NCBI GenBank assembly: GCA_001949185.1
Contig: BDGG01000007.1
Span: 939,613-976,880 of the forward strand
Reading direction: 5' to 3'
Length of the DNA stretch: 37,268 nucleotides
Source: Ramazzottius varieornatus
Taxonomy: Eukaryota; Animalia; Tardigrada
Shown piece after piece: positions 1-11,441 of the stretch (within the stretch, counting starts at the first letter, position 1; each line of letters begins with the position of its first letter). The notes under the pieces were generated by a model, which saw nothing but the letters and a program-made list of their open reading frames with translations, had not been told where the DNA came from and ran no database searches. Made by a program: the position numbers and the translations under genes.

Positions 1-1949
1 TTCGGCAATGGTACTACCGAGGGTTCTAAACTGCGTGAGCCGATCCAGTGTGTTGATCGATATGGCCTCGAAGTGGTGTCAGGTTACAGTGTGTTTCTTT
101 CCAGCCTACTGTGCATACCGTGCGGAGAGTTTAGACAAACACGACGTCCTTTAACGCGTAACGAGAACTCGACACCGCGGCCTTCGCTGCTTGAAAATAC
201 GTGAACAATATATTTGAGTGGTTTGTACAGTGGCTACAAAAGCATTCGATTAGCTTCCAACCGTGGGCCACTCGTTACTCGTTACCGACTGGACTTCTTC
301 GACGTCCCGCAGTGTTCAACGCAAATTTACACTAAGAGCCAGTTATTGATCTCAGTTGGTGCAAGGACTCACCAAGCGCAACCTGAACCTGCAATGTGCG
401 TTCGAAGAGTCAACGTTCGCAAAGTCCCAAATTTCTTTTGTCATTTGAAAATCATGGATAGTGCGCGTAGGGGAAATCTGAGGGTAGTGCACCGGTGGCT
501 GAGTTTTAGTAATGCGATATAATACCATGTAATACCATCGACGAGAAGTTGATGGACGTCGAATGACAGAAACACGATATCGGCTAGGCATACACACTTT
601 CGATGTTACCCGAGGACCTCAACTTAATATTCTGCGTGTGGTACCAACGCGCGACCCTAATGGCGGCACAAGGCTGAAATCGATGCAGCGATAATATGTT
701 AACGGGATCCATTTGCCCTGCATAGAGAGAATGAACCTTGTGTCAACGTCGATCGATCGGCCAATCAACTGTTCTAGTTTTTCTCCTCTTGATTATGCAT
801 TCTAGTGAGTAACCATGTCAATAGCCATCTTTGCTCCTCGTTTGGTATTTTAATTTTTTCGAATGCAAACGACCACTGATGGAAACATGACTATGTTATG
901 ATGGATGAACTTTTTCATCTTGGAACGTAGTAGCACGTTTTACTACTGGCATGTCATTTGCAGTGAATCTGTAAAGCGTTCACTGTGTGGCCGCAGCGAC
1001 AGCAAAGACCTGATCGATGGATCGATGATTGTCTGACAAGGCCAAGTTAGGCTCGCTGTATCAGTCTAACAGCTTCCCCTTTTGTGCAATACAAACCTTT
1101 CCGCCCGTTTCTCCTTCGCTTCCTGCTGTTTTCCACTGGGTCCCTGACTACACCGTGCTCCCCTAATGCAATGCAAATTTGCTCAAGCGACTGCCGATGG
1201 CTCAATGATTATTTATCAACAAAAAGATCCAATAACAGTTCTTAGAGTGCACAAACGTTGTACACTCTGAAAAAAGTTCTGGATTTTTTCAGATAGAACT
1301 ATTTTCTTACGAATTCGGAAATTCTTTATCTCTGTGGATGTATCGTCGGTGAGAATTCCTGTTCGGCTCAAGTCTGACCGGGCAGTCTGACATCATAGCT
1401 TTGGAAAGAATGTTGAAAGGAGCAGTTACTATTTCGAAGCATCATTCACCGAGCCAAAGTGGTTGTAACTGTTCTGCCTAAAAAGAGTTACCATCCGAAT
1501 GCTGTTACAAATTCACGAGTAATGCATAGAGCTCTTGTAGTATCTATTCTTTCTTGTCTAAACTTTGACTGGGAAAGAAAACACAGCTGTCAAGTAGCGG
1601 CATCTTTTACAGCGGCTGTTCTTTTTACAACTATCGAGTAGTGTGATGTGTTGGCAATTGAGTCTTCAAGACGTCGGCTCAACATACGAGCAGCTGCAAG
1701 AGAAGACCCAGGCCACCTCTTCAACTTGAAATAGGACGCTGATGGCACAACAAAATCCTCCCCAGTTTATGACACTCGTGGCCACAACAGTAGTTGACAC
1801 TGTGGCCGGCTCTTCCTTCCTTCTTGACACTTCCGGCTGTTACTAGTTCATATTGCCGTTTTCCGATCATAATAAAGGATTTTTCCCATGAATAGGGATG
1901 GAAGAAAAAGCGTGCTTCAATGAGAGAAAGAGAGGGAGAGAGAACTTAC

Positions 1950-3779
1950 ACCAGCATATGATACGTAATGGCGCGAAATCCTCGCGGTCTCTCCAGGAAA
2001 TTGTAGACCTTCGCTTGTAATTTCCTGTGGAAAACAAAGGAAACACTTTATTAGCAAATCATGACATGATCAGCAAATGAATCATTTTTCCTTGCGCCAT
2101 GCATCATTTTTCTCCTATCTCGTAACTCTCAAATCCCTAAATCCAATATTTTTCGATGATGTTTCTGAGACGATTTGCTTAAGTCGAATTTATATGTACA
2201 ACTGATTCGATGGAATGTAAAGCACTGACAACACCGCAACGCAACTCGTTATGTGTGACGTCTTCGAACTCTGAACTCAACGGTCCTTCACCGATACCTT
2301 AGGATCGACTGACCCATGTTCACCTATAGCACACGTGCTAATGTGGGAAGCTTCTCCAGCATTTCACTCAGCAGTAGATGGTAGACGTAAACTGTGTGCT
2401 AATTTTTCTGGGTAAAGAATGGCGAGGATACTGGACGACTAAGATACAGTGCGTGCATGACAGGAAGCTGTTGAGATCGCAATTAAAGAAAGGGCACTGC
2501 TGTAAATATTCTCAGCTGGTTGTGCCATGAAGATGCACGCATCATGAATATGAGATGGCACACAGCGAGTTGATATTTATATTTCCTTCTTCCCTTGCGA
2601 CAGCGATCCACATCGCTGACATTTCTGGCCGGCAATCAAAATGCAAAGAGTCGCCGGGAGAAACTTTCAAATAATAGCTCACCTCGATCGATTGACGGGC
2701 TTACAGCAAGCTGAATAATTTTTTGATATTGCTTGCCTAGCGCCAACGATTGAAAAAGAGCAACCTAGTCATGATAGCTGTGAACCTGTCGATCAGCTCT
2801 AAGCGAGAACCCACAACACGAGAGATATACACCCTGAGGTTTTGGGCTCACAGATCATCATGGAAAACTGATTGATGCTGAGTTATAATTTTTCTGGGCG
2901 GTCTCAACTTCATCAGAAATTCCAGCGCTTAGTTTCGACGGGACTTTGAAACGTATGCTGACATAATCTCCTTGGAGTGCGTTCCCCGAAGAAGATTAAT
3001 TTTGCTATTTACCTGTATCGTGCGTCCCGGCGATGACGTCGCAAACTGACCGCTTTCCCATGCAGACTCAGTCTGGGTTGCCTCTGTCGGACATTATTGC
3101 CCATGGCGTTGGCCATCGGAGGCTTGGCGTTGTCCGTAACATGGGTAATTCCGGTCAAGCTGGTCCGCGGGGAAGTTGCCCCTTGGACGACATTGGTCTG
3201 GTGAAGCCGTAGGCTGGCTTCGCCCAGCTCGACATCCCGCTCATGTACCGCTGCTAGCGGCATATCCGACGAGTCTTCCGAAATGGAGAAGAAGACGTGC
3301 TTGGCTCGACGATTATCAGACGGTATTGCCGGCGAGCTTAACGGCTCATGATCATCTTGCCATGTTAATGAACCGCCACTATCTTCGTCATGATCGTCAT
3401 TTCCCCGCGGCAACGGGCTGGCCAAGGCAGTGAGAGCTGCTCCAAGGGATAAAGTGGATAAAGTCGGGTCGGCGGTAACGGCAAATTGTGGTAATTCCAA
3501 GCAGGGATCAATAAAACAATCATCATCGCGGCGCAAAAAGGCCAAAGGTGGAGGTCGCGACTGACGGCGACCAGTGCTGGAATGTCGCTGGCTTGGTGTT
3601 GTGAGTGAGGGTCCCGAATTACTGTGAACGTCCAGCGGATTACTGATGGGAACCTCCAGTGATGGCTCAACAGGAGGAAGAGGAGGCTGGCTGGTTGTAC
3701 TGGTGCCATGGTGGGGGCAGGTGTACGAGGAGGATTCATCTTGACAGTTCTCGGATGACGTGCAGCAGGCGTTACTCAT
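1950..3779 (-). CDS. KCNQ: KCNQ (Kv7) voltage-gated potassium channel, first two coding exons (partial; remaining exons not found in the window)
   Basis: Exon 3779-3013 (ATG, ends CAG|gtaaat, phase 2) spliced to exon 2024-1950 (ttccacag|...|gtaagt) gives ...RRDARYRKLQAKVYNFLERPRGFRAITYHMLV. This is the KCNQ pre-S1 signature (YNxLERPxG...YH). No S1-S6 exons were recognised in 1-1949. Confidence 0.9.
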
Positions 3780-6700
3780 GACAAACTAGCAGGCCTGGCT
3801 CGGCTATATGCTGTGTCGCCGCTATAGTGGGCCGTCAAGTGGCGTGCGAGCAAAGACAGGCTGAGGAAGAGCTCAGCCTCAGCATGAGGACGGCTGCAAG
3901 CCCTGCGTGCCTAAGTGTCGAAGCGGAGAGTGGATATGGCTGTGATGTACTGCGCCAGTCAAGGATGATCGCGTGGAAAGACGCAGGTCCTTCACGTTGC
4001 TAAAAGGCGGCAAAGCTGTGTGGCGGAGATGTAATTAGAAGAGTGGGCAGTGAAAAAAAAAAACGTGAAAGCCAGACGAGAAACTCAATAAGGAAAAAGA
4101 AACTGCGAGGATGATATTCGTGTCACAACTGACGGCCAGGGCGAAATTGAAGAACGGCAAAAATGCGGACAATGGTGTGAAGGAAATTTCCGGGTGTTAT
4201 TGGACAGATCGGTCCAATGGATGTGTTACATTGGAAGGAAAACATTATGTGTGGAAAAGGAGATAAATTTGTGTAGGCACAGGCTCAAAGGATTGGGGTG
4301 AGGACAACCAGCAGTCCTTGCGGGCAAATAGGCTGGAAGAAAAACATGGCCTCGGCACTTTTATGGCAAGTGTATGCTGGAAAAAAAGGAGGCGAGACTT
4401 TGATTGTGTCAATCGAGGCGGATGAAAGAAATGGCAAAGTGCAAATGACGGAGGGAGAAGCCCAAAGGAGGAATGGCAAGTCAAGCATGGCAGTTATGGT
4501 GCGGGCATGCAGATCGAAAGGACGGTAAACGGTACGGAGAATTTATGGGTCTTGCCTTCGTGCAAAGGAGGGAAAGGGCAAAGCCCAACGATCTTCGACA
4601 GGAAAAGAGAAATATGGGAGACGGCAAAGGAAGGCAGTTTTTTACGGCATGATGAATTTGATGGAAGGAACTTTGCCTAGATCGAGTTCGACAACTGGCA
4701 GTCAAGCTGATGATGCCAATATATATATATATTGGCGGCCACCAAATTGCGGCGGCCCACTTGTTTGCAAGTCTGATCTGGACCGATGATGATGAAAGGC
4801 TTGTGATAGGCCATCAGAGAGGATATCTTCTTTGATGTAATTACGTACCGGCTCTTCGTTACACTGTAAAAGGGAAAAGCCAGTGTGGGAAGCTTTGTGT
4901 ACGTAAGTCGACGCGGGCGGGCGTGAAATGTAAGAATGATATGAGCGGATCACCCCGGTTGCAAATCCAACTTCAAACCCACTGTTGCAACACGCCGCTC
5001 CAAGAGTACAAAACACGCGCAACCAAAAGTGAATTACTCCTGTTCAAACTGAAGTTGGATTATTTTCACGATGGGAACACTCTTGGAGGTATCTGTCGAA
5101 ATTCAGTTTTTGAAGTAGGTGGGAGAAGACGTATGGCATGTTCAATGGAGGGAGCGTGACGTGGTGCAAGTGGATATCTATGGCTTGCGTCCCTGGTCCA
5201 TAAGTAGCTAACCGGATATGCCGGGCGTCGTTAGTCATTTTGGAAAAAAGAACGAGATGGCTGCAAGCATTGTTCAGCGATAGGCCGTAAATGGGCCAGG
5301 CACCGATTGGATGACGTCAAGGCGCTCACGCGACTTTTCATCGCCGGCAAATTAGAAACGTGCGATGGATAGTGTAATGCGGACGGCTTATGACGTCGGT
5401 CGGGGACGCCTGCGTCACGGTCCCTGGAGAGAAACATTGAGAATGCGGATGCGGCTAATAAAAAGCCTGCGATATGTGTTCCCAACGCGTAATGCTCTAC
5501 CCGAGAACAAAAAATCTTTCACCCCTTCCTACCGGTCTAAATTTAGTCAGAGACCTTTCCTTTCCTAAGCATCGCCTAACCACGTCGTGATCACATTCTA
5601 CGCTTCTCCGTAAAAGACATTAAGATGTGAAGTAATAATACCCAAGCAGATCTCTGGTTTGCAGTAGAACAGTAGTAGCAACAATTTCTTGTGCGCATAT
5701 TTCGGTTAAAAATAATGCAGTACGTATTTGCGAGTGAAGGTTCGACGACGTCAGCGCGGAATCCATCAACGCCTCAACCATTAGGTGGGTATTTTACCCT
5801 ACATTATCATTCAAAGTGCTTCCGAATTAACTGCTGATGGTGAGCAACGGATAAATGATGACTGCGGATGCATAATGAGGCATCCACGTCGTGTAAATGA
5901 TGTTGCGCTCTTGTAGCGCATGAGGTCGCTACTTATCTCTCAAACCCACATAAAGCGACTCATTAGTTGGTCGACCGCTCAGGTTTTGATCGATAACTTC
6001 TATATAGATGAGATGAAAGCAAAAACTTCCTTCGAAGAACTGTTGTTGGATTATTATTGATATCGGGGGACTTCCCACATGCGTCAAGTGGTCGAATCAG
6101 CGAAAGGAGGAACAAGCACCGTGTTTGTCGAATGAACCTATCCCTTATGATTTCAGAGGAGCCCACTGGCCAAAGTTTATCAAGTGCAAGGCGCAGTCAT
6201 GTCGAAACTAATTGTACCACTAATCAGGGGATAACTGTCAGCATGTCATCATGGATAAGCTAGGGATGAGCATGTTGCTGTTCCGGGCACGAAGCACTCT
6301 TGGGGTTAAGTCTTTAAGGCGTCGACGAAGGATAAATGACCCTACCTTCATAGTGACAGGCCCGAACGCCGTCGTCCGAAAACCCGGCCTGCTTTGTGAG
6401 ATCAAAACACCACCGACCATCGAGTTGAACACGGGAACAAAGTTGTCGACTGACGACACCGAAGAACCCTGCTTCGTACGTGCATGTTTATGTTCACATT
6501 GCCCTCCTCAAACAGATGGCGTGCAGCACATAGCGTCACTAGAACTAAATAATTTAGTCGACAGCCGAACAGTTTACCGAAGAATATCTCAGCTTCTAAT
6601 TAATCCCTTGATAGTATCGTTTAATTGCCGCTTTTTGGCCAGTCTTCGGTCCTTTGCCATATATGCGAAGTACTTGGGAAGACAATCTGGGCATACAATG

Positions 6701-6958
6701 AGGTTTCGAAACAGCCGTCCGAATCCTCAGACCCAAAGCTCGCTGACGCCAAAACCTATATCCATATCTGTATACGATTGGCGACTTCATTGTGCAGTAT
6801 TATACCATACTTTCGAGTTCCGATTACTGCTTGTTCGACATCGAACTACCGTAATCCAAAAAGGACAGTCACGTGGTAAAAAGAAAGCGCCTCATACTGG
6901 CATCTTAGTCAAAGAGTCAGTAAGTGATAAAGTTGCTGCGGAGAAAAGTTCGTGAGAT

Positions 6959-7470
6959 TTACGTTCGCAGAGCGCACTGTGTGGTAACATCAGTCCAGCG
7001 CATAATCTGCTGGGAATCGAATGCCACGGTAAAGTACTTGGCATAACAGCTGTAACAGCGTTCTTCCAAGCAGATGGCCTTAGGCACGTTCGAGCAATGA
7101 GAAGTGTGACAAGGACTGGTATCGCATTGCACCCAGTTCTTGGGATTGCATCGGAGAACATTCGGCACCAGCGAACCCAGCTCGATATCAAGCTTTTCCA
7201 AAAGCTCTTTTGTCTTACCTGCAAACAAATCATACGTACAATATCATACGTGTGCTGCCATCAGACCAGCAACAGATACAAGCTATGCTTACCAGAACCA
7301 GCATAAACTGTTTCGGCGGAGGTTCTTCGGTCGGAAACTGGAGGTTGTAGAGGTGAAGCTAGAAAGAGTGAAAACAGTTTGAGTTACCCTCCACGAGACG
7401 ACTTTACAACTGAGTACGTACCGTCACACATCAAAAGCACAGCCAGACTCAGGACGATAGAGATCGACAT
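6959..7470 (-). CDS. Small secreted cysteine-rich protein, paralog A (124 aa, 8-Cys domain)
   Basis: join complement(7422-7470, 7293-7358, 6959-7218); both introns are GT-AG, phase 1. Signal peptide MSISIVLSLAVLLMCDA, then a linker, then CNPKNWVQCDTSPCHTSHCSNVPKAICLEERCYSCYAKYFTVAFDSQQIMRWTDVTTQC. Confidence 0.85.
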
Positions 7471-7866
7471 TTCCCTCACTGCTGACACCGTTTTTCTCCA
7501 AGGCACGCAACGGCGAGAACTTCAGATTAAGCCCAGTTTCACCGGCTATAGTCTCTCTTACAGACGCTGTTGAAGAACCGAGGGTTGTGGTAGTAGCGCT
7601 GTGATACGGTCTATTCGTTGCTTCGGGACCTAACTAGACGCCTTTCTCCACCTGTTTTATATTAATAGAACTCAGTTACCAGCTATCCCAACAATGAGGA
7701 CCCTTTGCCAAGTTAAAATGATATCCCTATACACCGCACCCCACCTAATACCTAATGATTTCCGGAAAAGTCAACCCATGATGATACCGTACAGTCATAT
7801 CAAAACTAATTGTGCTGTCAGTCAGTGAGTAACAGTCAGCACGCGCTCTGTTCATGTTAAGACTGT

Positions 7867-7898
<32 letters not shown>
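7867..7898. repeat. (GATA)8 microsatellite
   Basis: Eight perfect GATA units between the two Cys-rich paralogs. Confidence 0.95.
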
Positions 7899-8368
7899 CC
7901 CGGTGGACATGTATGTCCCTTATCTCACGGGAAAGTTAGGCGAAGTTCCGCAACCTGGCTCCAAACATCACGAGACTGAAACCACAGCCTAAGTTCAACA
8001 GCGAAGGACTTCGATACGTTATTAAATTTCACAGATAGTATGATCGGAATACGCTGTGTGCTAAAGCTTTCTCTTTCGGTCACCAGCCCATGACCAAGGG
8101 GAGTTAAACTTCAGCGGTAATTGGCCATGTAAATATCGTCAATTTTTACTGTCAATCAGGACATAATCAATTTCTGTACAGTATCTTTGCGTGATTATTC
8201 ACTCCATTTCACTTTGAATTCCAACTAAAGCATGCGCAGCGTTGCAATACTGAGTGGGCGAAAAGGTAAACATGTGATAGAAAAGAGGAAGCGTTGAAGC
8301 GGCGTGACAGAGAAAAGGTTAGAAATGAAGGAGGCTGAAGCAAAGGACAACAACAGTACAGTAAACAT

Positions 8369-9267
8369 TTAAACGTCGCACTTGTAGGTAACATCATTCC
8401 AGGTCATAACCATCTGGGAACCCATCGTCACCGTGAAGAACTTGGGTCGGCAACCGTTGCAGCGTTCAGTCATGCAGATGGATCGCTCCACGCTCTCACA
8501 CGACATACCGGCGCATGGGTCGTAATGGCAGTCCGACTGCATATGCGATGGGCACATGTTGACGTTGGGCTGTCCTGGGATGATGACGTCATCCCAGTCC
8601 GTAGGGCGCTGTTCTCCTTGTTGAGCTTGGTCTGTGGAAGCAAGGAGCACATAATTATCTTTTGGGAAGAAACCATCTGTACTTTTACAAAGGTCGAGGC
8701 TGTAACGCAGTTACACTGTGGGCAATTAAGGTACTCTAAAAGGGGCAGGGTCAAAATTGAACTTTTGACTGGTGACGAAACAACTGCGACTCGAAGTAAT
8801 CAGCTGATCAAGTGGCAATTCGCGTCTCTGGATTGCAGCTTGATCAGCCGTTTGCTTACTACGTCACTGGTCAAAAACTCGATTTTGAGCTTACCCACTT
8901 CCAGAGTACCTTATTTGCCTACACTGTAGCAAGATTAATACACAGGGAAAGACAATTTCAACTGAAACCGGTGAGGTTTTACTGTACCAGAGCAAGGCAG
9001 CAGGCTTACCGTTCATTCGCTGGCGAGCTCCGAACATGGGAATGCCTCGTCCTGAAAGGCAAAAGACTTAGTGATGGAGGCTCGAATTTTGGAAACCAAA
9101 CACGGGAAAAATGGTGGGACCATTCATGACGTCTCTCGGAAACTCTCTCATGCTGACCGCCCATCACATGTCATGCATCTCGTCATGGCTCGGGGTTGTT
9201 TACCTTCAGTTGAGCTAATGGCGACCAAAGTCAGCAGGGTAGCAACGAAAACCAGTCGGAAGGCCAT
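8369..9267 (-). CDS. Small secreted cysteine-rich protein, paralog B (122 aa, 8-Cys domain)
   Basis: join complement(9204-9267, 9010-9051, 8369-8631); both introns are GT-AG, phase 1. Signal peptide MAFRLVFVATLLTLVAISSTEG, then CPSHMQSDCHYDPCAGMSCESVERSICMTERCNGCRPKFFTVTMGSQMVMTWNDVTYKC, with the same Cys spacing as paralog A. Confidence 0.85.
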
Positions 9268-10062
9268 TGCGGCAATGTCGGCTTTGAGAAACGAAATTGG
9301 AAAGATTCGAACTGGTCTAAAGTGCGTACGAAGAGGCAACGACAGGTACACGTACGAGCCGTTTTATAGGTTGCAACATCTCGATGCAAAAGTCGGCGTC
9401 TGACTTCTGGCGAGGAGAAATAAAGAAGGACAATTAGGCGTTCTAGTGACTGATACTGCTATAAAATCGTTGGCGAGATATTCTTCTTGGGCTTTCAACC
9501 TACTATCGAAACTTTGCTCAAGGTTATCGGCGTGATACCCAGAGTCGCCAGGCGTATTGTGCGAAAACTGTCAACTTCGTGAAAGATAAGGTGGAGCATG
9601 ATAACGAGGATTTGTTTGCACAAATATGGACTAGCCAACTGTAGACTTCTAGGACGTGAAGCAAACGCCATGGCACGTGATTCTTGTCGAAAAACACCAT
9701 ATATTGATAAGAGGTTGTGGAGACATGTGCAACGTTCCCAGGCTAGAGCTTTTGGGGAAACCAGCATTCGACTGTCTATTTGAATTGTCTTTATTCACCC
9801 CTCCTTAAAACATCCTTTTTCAACTGGTGAAGACAAAGCAGACCGCGAACTTGACACCGAACGTAGCGTACAGTCTACATAACTCTGTATTAACAAAGAA
9901 TACCCACTCAAAATATCCCTTGACTACAATACCAGTCATGGATATTGCGTCACAAAAATATTAAATTTCATATCAACCAGTCATTCTGAGCCATATGGCT
10001 AACCGGTGTATCATAAGTCCCTGATACCACAAGCCTTTTTCACCTTACAGTAAAATAAAATA

Positions 10063-10216
10063 CTGTTGTGCTACCAAATTATCGCGCACTCGACCACGTG
10101 ATGAGTCATCGCTGTCCAGCGTGATCAGATGTTATCAGTTTAGCATCGCTGACTTTCACCCGGGCATCATCTACTGTTCACGTGGTTGAGTGCGCGACAA
10201 CTTGGTGGCACTACAG
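10063..10216. mobile_element. MITE, Tc1/mariner/pogo superfamily-like (154 bp)
   Basis: 39-bp TIRs at 10063-10101 and 10178-10216 (34/39 match; CTGTwGTGCyACCAArTTrTCGCGCACTC...), flanked by TA on both sides. Confidence 0.75.
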
Positions 10217-10526
10217 TATTGTTTCTGTGGTCATCGGTCCAGCAACCAGTGGCTTCTCAGTGACGCTGAGGGTTTTGGGAGGGCCGAACGTAACACTAGA
10301 ACAAGCCGTAAAAATTACCGGCCGGTTCTTCGATTTCTCCTGACGAGGATGTGGAGCAAAAGCAAGCTTGGTTTTTGATTGGCAGTTGGCCGGATTCCGG
10401 CTGCGTGTTAACTTCCACGAAGTTTCGTTTTCGAAATTTTAGACTTTCGGTTTTTACCGACATTGGTTTTGTTCCAGACAATTAGGTTTTGTAAATCTGG
10501 CGTTGTGATCGTTCCGGATATGAAGT

Positions 10527-10572
10527 TTCGGATTGGGATGACGTCCTTCTCCGTCCGTCATCCCAATCCGAA
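10527..10572. repeat. Perfect 17-bp inverted repeat (hairpin)
   Basis: TTCGGATTGGGATGACG (10527-10543), 12-nt loop, CGTCATCCCAATCCGAA (10556-10572). Confidence 0.9.
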
Positions 10573-11441
10573 TCAGTCAATCAGGTAATATATTGATAAC
10601 TTAATGCTAGTTGCTTCATCTGACTTTCCGCAGCTGCGACGGGCTGAACAGCTTGTATCCTTACCTCTTTCTCAGAACCTGCCTTCATGGTTTCAGGGCT
10701 CATCTGGACAGATCTGGATCTGCTTGTTTTTCATGGACGGCTGTTTCTCTGAGTTCCATCGGCGTGTCTTACTGTCTGGCGCTAATGGTTTTTGGGGGAT
10801 ATCGCTTTGTTCGACGGCTACTCTGTGTCGATTAAGTCTTGTTGCTTGGCTACAGTAGATAATAGTAATGGACTTCTGTTTCGGTTTTTCTTTTTCTTTC
10901 TGTCATCTTTTGAGGGTATGGAGGTGAAACAAAACAATAATAAAAATCATCTTTCCGGGTTTTATAAGGGTTTTGGTCTCATTGAAAACCTTAAAAAATT
11001 CGGAACTTTTTCATGTCCCATAAACCTATATTTCCCGTTGTAAAGCCAGTAATATCATTTTCATGTCGTTATTTGGGTTACTTTTGGGTTCGTATCTGGA
11101 CCATAGCTGAAACTTCGATGAATCCAGGAGGTTTCAGCGAAAATTCTGATGGCTGTGGCATCAGGTATACGCATAGTTAACTCCTCTTCACAATCAGGTT
11201 CAATCCCGTAGTTCGATCGTGCTGTGGACGACCCATGAAGTACGTTTGAGTTAGTGTGGTTACGACTGGTTCCGTACAGGGTACTGAAATTAGTACCAGA
11301 GATACCCAGCTTTGCTGTAAACCGTTTGACGTCCAGCTGAAAAACCCGCCCATCTGTGATTTCACTATGCGAGAATGGTTGTGTCCCCGCTCAATATCTT
11401 TTAGAAATGGGTCAAAAATCACCGACGGCTCTCACCGAGTA

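Noticed and set aside
1262-1645. Possible CACTA-like element in the KCNQ intron
   Set aside because: The two ends match only loosely; no convincing TIR pair or TSD.
6346-6468. Possible minus-strand exon (third Cys-rich paralog or upstream KCNQ exon)
   Set aside because: AG/GT borders exist, but there is no pyrimidine tract and no 8-Cys pattern.
6251-6955. 234-aa plus-strand ORF and nearby coding-like fragments (5960-6900)
   Set aside because: No recognisable domain or consistent splice model; may be a chance ORF or a very decayed relic.
8890-8930. Possible extra micro-exon in paralog B (good GTAAGC donor)
   Set aside because: The stronger upstream acceptors give in-frame stops; only a weak AAG acceptor keeps the frame.
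10098-10152. Box C/D snoRNA-like GTGATGA...CTGA
   Set aside because: Too short, and it lies inside the 10063-10216 MITE, which explains the flanking stem.
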